Of a stretch of DNA of 64,000 bases, positions 59,800 through 64,000 are shown piece after piece. Position numbers and translations under genes: made by a program. This DNA is from Podarcis liolepis (lineage: Eukaryota). The notes beneath the pieces are model-generated. The model saw only the letters and a program-made list of their open reading frames with translations. It was not told where the DNA came from and ran no database searches. Each line of letters starts with the position of its first letter. Positions within the stretch are counted from its first letter, which is position 1. The DNA is taken from NCBI GenBank assembly GCA_965112155.1, contig OZ218103.1; one strand, 5' to 3'.

Positions 59800-60126
59800 C
59801 AGTGGTGCCCCGCAAGACGAATGCCTCGCAAGACAGAAAACTCACTAGACGAAAGAGTTTTCCGTTTTGGAGGTGCTTCGCAAAACGAATCTCCTATGGG
59901 CTTGCTTTGCAAGACGACAATGCCTTGCGAGTTCCTGCGGGGTTTCCCCCCCTTTTTCTAAGCCGCTAAGCCGCTTATCAGCTGATCCAATCAGCAGATA
60001 AGCCGCTAAAAGCCGCTAATAGCGCTAATCCTCTAATCCGTCAATGGGCTTGCTTTGCAAGACGAAAAAACTGCTAGACGAAGAGAATCACAGAACGGAT
60101 TCTTTTCGTCTTGCGAGGCACCACTG
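59800..60126. mobile_element. Tc1/mariner-type MITE, a distinct family
   Basis: 21-bp TIR CAGTGGTGCC(C/T)CGCAAGACGA; TA TSD; internal AAGCCGCT repeats. Confidence 0.92.
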
Positions 60127-60296
60127 TAGTATGATGGTACAGCAATGCTTAGTGTTCCAATAGGTGTCTCAGCAGCACAGTAGTTTCTCTACTATGTCAG
60201 CTTTTCTGACATGGGACTCCAGCTCCCATTAGCCTGAGCCAAGGTCTTGCCCAAGGTCAAGGATAATGGAAGTTGTAGTCCAAAGCATCTTGGAGG

Positions 60297-60366
60297 TTGA
60301 GGAAGACTGACCTATGTAATGAAGGAAGGAAGATTGAGGAAGACTGACCTATGTAATGAAGGAAGG
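60297..60366. repeat. Perfect 33-nt tandem duplication, period 37
   Basis: TTGAGGAAGACTGACCTATGTAATGAAGGAAGG occurs twice. Confidence 0.95.
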
Positions 60367-60991
60367 TATGTCACCATTCGCAGCTAGCAGCAGACTGAAT
60401 TCACAATTTGTGCTGGCCTTTTCTAGAACAAAGAGTGTGTGGGGAAGGGGGGACTAATCAGAAAACACATGTAGGCTTGCTGCAGCTTATGAGGAGGTTG
60501 GATCTAACCAACAGGTGAACCTATGTCTTCAAGCACAGCTGGGTGTTGTTTCTCAGCTACAGGCATTAGCAGAATGCAGAGCTGGCCCTACCGTGATGCC
60601 GAGTGAAGTGGCAACCTCAGGCAGCTGATGCTGAGTGACATAGAAGGGCAGCAAGGTATTTAATTTGTTACAGTTATATTTTTATTGGGAAGACTGGAGA
60701 GAGGAGGTTTTGGGCTTTTCTGCCTCAAGTGCCAAAATAATTCGACTAGCTTTGGATGCCTGGGCAAGGGAAGGGCACAATGTTGCTTTCCTTACACAGC
60801 AAAATGACCTGCGCTGCACCTGATAGGATGAGTTCAGACTGGGATTTCTGTTTTATGAACATTTCATGGCATTGGCAAGCAGTAATTCCTAAAGTATAAA
60901 TTCATATCCTAAGAACCATTTGTCTTTAAAAATAAAAATGGAGGATTATGTGATGAACCAAAGAAATAAACAAACAGGGTTGGGCCTAACG

Positions 60992-61126
60992 CAGTCTTCC
61001 TCAACCTCGGCCCTCCAGATGTTTTGAGACTACAATTCCCAGCATCCCTGACCACTGGTCCTGCTAGCTATGGATCATGGGAGTTGTTGGCCAAAAAATC
61101 TGGAGGGCCGAGGTTGAGGAAGCCTG
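60992..61126. mobile_element. hAT-type MITE, same family as 37505
   Basis: TIRs; perfect TSD GCCTAACG. Confidence 0.93.
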
Positions 61127-61513
61127 GCCTAACGAAGTCATTGGGGAAGTGAAATAATTTCCATTTGTGCAATGGAATTCCCCCTGCAATCTCCTAGATC
61201 TTCTCCAGAGGCTGAATAAAGCCTTCCTTGTCCCACGCCCACCCAGTACAAATTTGGGGGGGAGGTGCAGAATGAGAGGAAAGGAAGGGGAAGTTCTGTT
61301 GCATGTCTGGAAATCATTCAGCTTACACAATGACTTCATTGGATACAACCCACAGAAACATAAAGGTCAGGTGTGGGAACCTTTGGAGATTGCTGAACTA
61401 CAGTTGCCACAATCCCTACCCATTTCCATGCTTGCTGGGACCAATGGGAGTTATAATTTAAATGTTCCCACAACTGATAGGCTTGTCACTTCATTGTCCA
61501 TACATATATGATA

Positions 61514-61897
61514 GGGGACATGGGTGGCACTGTGGTCTAAACCACTGAGCCTCCTGTGCTTGCCATTCGGAAGGTAGGCAGTTTGAATCCATGTGATGGG
61601 GTGAGCTCCCGTTGCTCTGTCCCAGCTCCTGCCAACCTAGCAGTTTTAAAGCACATCAGTGCAAGTAGATAAATAGGTACCACTGTGCTAGGAAGGTAAA
61701 CAGCGTTTCCGTGTGCTCCGGTTTCCATCATGGTATTCTGTTGCGCCAGAAGCGGTTTAGTCAGGCTGACCCCATGATCTAGAAAGCTGTCTGTGGACAA
61801 ACATTGGCCTCCTCGGCCTAAAAGTGAGATGAGTGCAGCAACTTCATAGTTGCCTTTGACTACTTAACCATCCAGGGGCCCTTTACCTTTACCTTTA
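61514..61897 (+). mobile_element. Sauria SINE, older subfamily
   Basis: tRNA head, core, (ACCTTT)n tail; TSD CATATATGAT. Confidence 0.93.
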
Positions 61898-62664
61898 TAC
61901 CATATATGATGTCTTGAGCATAGACCTTGGAGGAGCAATATTGCCAGCACTGTCTTGCTTTTATGAGCGTCGGTATTATTATGCGTTTGGGGTGTCAAAC
62001 TGGGTGCCAGACCCCTCTAAGCCCTGGATCCAGCCAGCAAGTGTGAGAATTTAATCAAGGCTTAACATTCTTGGAGTAGCCAGGCTAGCTTCCTGGTAAG
62101 GTGAGAACTTGGGCAATGAGCCATTATGGGGGATTAAGGGGCTCCGTGCAAGATGGCAAATGTGTGCCCCACACCCTCAACAGATAAAGCCAGAATTTAG
62201 ATTAGAGAGTTTGGAGCAGTGATGTTGCATAGAAGTAAAGCAGCCAGTTGGAGACAGAGTTAGAGCAACATTTGAGAGCAACATTTGATTTCTGTTTGAA
62301 TCCAAGTCTATTGGGGGGAGGAGACTCTTTTGGGGTGTTGATGCTGTGAACCCCTCCACTGCAGGCTCAGATTGTATATATGTGTAAAAAATAATAATCA
62401 TAAAGGCACCACAGTCTCTACTGTGTCTCATTCCCAAAAGAAAACAAGAAACCCTGGAATCTCACACTGCTCAGATATTGGGGTGATGTCAAACAGTATG
62501 ATGTGTTTTCCCCCCACACAAATGCATTTTCACACAGCTGCATTTATTAGCAAAACTTCAGATGGCTAGGAGATGAGCCTAAACAATGTACCTGTGCAGG
62601 AAGAGTAGCAAAGTTTTCATTGGCAGCCACACCAACAATTCATTTGCCAAGAAAAAATGATATA

Positions 62665-62905
62665 TAGTGGTACCTTGGTTTACGAACTTAATCCGTTCCG
62701 GAAGTCCGTTCTTAAACCAAAGCCATTCTTAAACAAAGGTGTGCTTTCCCTAATGAGGCCTCCCGCCGTCGGTGCCCTTCCACCGTTTGGCTTCCGTTTG
62801 TAGACAGAGGTGAAGTTTGCAAACCGGGACACTACTTCTGGTTTTGTGGAGTTCTTATACTGAATAGTTCGTAAACAGGGCTGTTCTTAAACTGAGGTAC
62901 CACTG
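62665..62905. mobile_element. Tc1/mariner-type MITE
   Basis: TAGTGGTACCTTGGTTTA / TAAACTGAGGTACCACTG ends; related to the element at 1423. Confidence 0.85.
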
Positions 62906-62954
62906 GACCACATTCTGCTCTGGAATTTGATGCTTCACTGTTGAGTGCATCGTT

Positions 62955-62987
62955 TGCTTTACACGTTATAGCCACTAGATGGAGCTA
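62955..62987 (+). promoter_or_regulatory. Candidate CTCF site with upstream motif
   Basis: GCCACTAGATGGAGCTA core, with TGC 17 nt upstream of the core CC; outside recognised TEs. Confidence 0.55.
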
Positions 62988-63985
62988 GTTGCCGTTAGCT
63001 ACCGCACTCCTGCTTCCTCCTGCCCCTTTTGTGAAGAAATCTGTAGCCTAAGGGAGCGTAAATAAAATGCTATTAGGTCTTCTGGTCATTGTACTTCAGG
63101 GGCCGTGGATGTCTCCCATTAATCCAAATTCTGCTATTGATCAGGGAGGGCAAGGTGTCAGTTTGCATGAAAGGGGTTCTGCTGCAATCTCACTGAAAAA
63201 TGTTCGCTTCTGCCTTTAGAAGCAAAAGTTCAGATTAATGAATGTACTGTTTGCCATGGTTGGATGTGAAATGTATTAACAGTAATACCAGCAAAACCAA
63301 GATGGCAACATAATTATTTCCACACTGCTTGTAAACATGCTTTTTTGTTTTTGTTTTGTAAAAGTTTCATTTACCTTTTATTTATTTTAGTAATTTCTAG
63401 CCCGCCTTTCGTGTAAGCATCAAAGTGGCTAACAAAGTTATGAATCAGAAAGACAGTAAGTTAATAAAAACAATTCAGCAGGAAATAAAAAGAATGAGAA
63501 CACTGAGCCAGTAGGTGACCACTTTAGAACAATATTCCAGATTAAAGGGGAAGGAAAGAATTTATTAAAATGTCATTTGAGGCTGCAAGCCTAACCTCTC
63601 TTACCTGGGAGTAAGCCCCATTGAACAACAGGAATTATTTCTGAGTAGGCAAAGTTAGGATTGCCCTAGAGCCATTAGAGCCAGGGAAAACTGGGCAGAC
63701 ATTTTCTGGTCAGATTCCTTCACATTGCTCCAATCTTGACAGAACCACAAGGGTTTCCTGTTCATATCCAGACCCAAATTAAGGTGGTGGCATTGACTTT
63801 TAAAGCCCTGAATGGCAGAAGAGCCTCCTTTTCAGTCATAGGGGGAGGCGAAACTGCCTTTCATCCTCCGAGATCATAAACACCAGAAAGCACATCATTC
63901 AAGTGTCCCTATTTTTCAGGGACTGTCCCAGATTATAGAAGCTGTCCTGGTTTCTGATTTGATCCCAGAATGTTCCCCCTTTCCT

Positions 63986-64000
63986 TAAAGGTAAAGGGAC
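63986..64000 (-). mobile_element. Tail of a Sauria SINE running off the window
   Basis: TAAAGGTAAAGGGAC matches the tail junction of the 10454 copy. Confidence 0.7.

Noticed and set aside
1-64000. Remaining 60-150 aa ORFs in the track as host genes; CRISPR arrays or prokaryotic systems
   Set aside because: Most use non-ATG starts, overlap TEs or microsatellites, and show no recognisable domains. The sequence is clearly vertebrate and has no repeat-spacer array.

Overview
Vertebrate non-coding DNA, either intronic or intergenic. It is almost certainly squamate and most likely a lacertid lizard such as Podarcis; this is inferred from Sauria SINEs, Squam3-type SINEs with (CTT)n tails and Bov-B fragments. 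No host protein-coding gene could be supported. The window is a dense TE landscape: Sauria, Squam3 and tRNA-CR1 SINEs; Bov-B, CR1, L2 and L1 fragments; many Tc1/mariner-type MITEs (TA TSD) and hAT-type MITEs (8-bp TSD); several solo LTRs; and a 200-N assembly gap. Highlights: (1) two diverged solo LTRs (51672-52284 minus, 58721-59312 plus) share a U3 reading frame with a codon-position signature of purifying selection. It encodes an acidic Pro-rich region followed by an Arg-rich segment with an HMGN-like RRSARL motif, and a third LTR family (about 34490-34879) shows the same architecture. (2) A young, stop-free, 5'-truncated Rex1/Babar LINE (32561-34036). (3) A degenerate type I hammerhead ribozyme (6354-6418). 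(4) An L1 3' end flanked by an approximately 180-bp direct repeat (55976-56539). All alignments and counts were done by eye; no database search was run.
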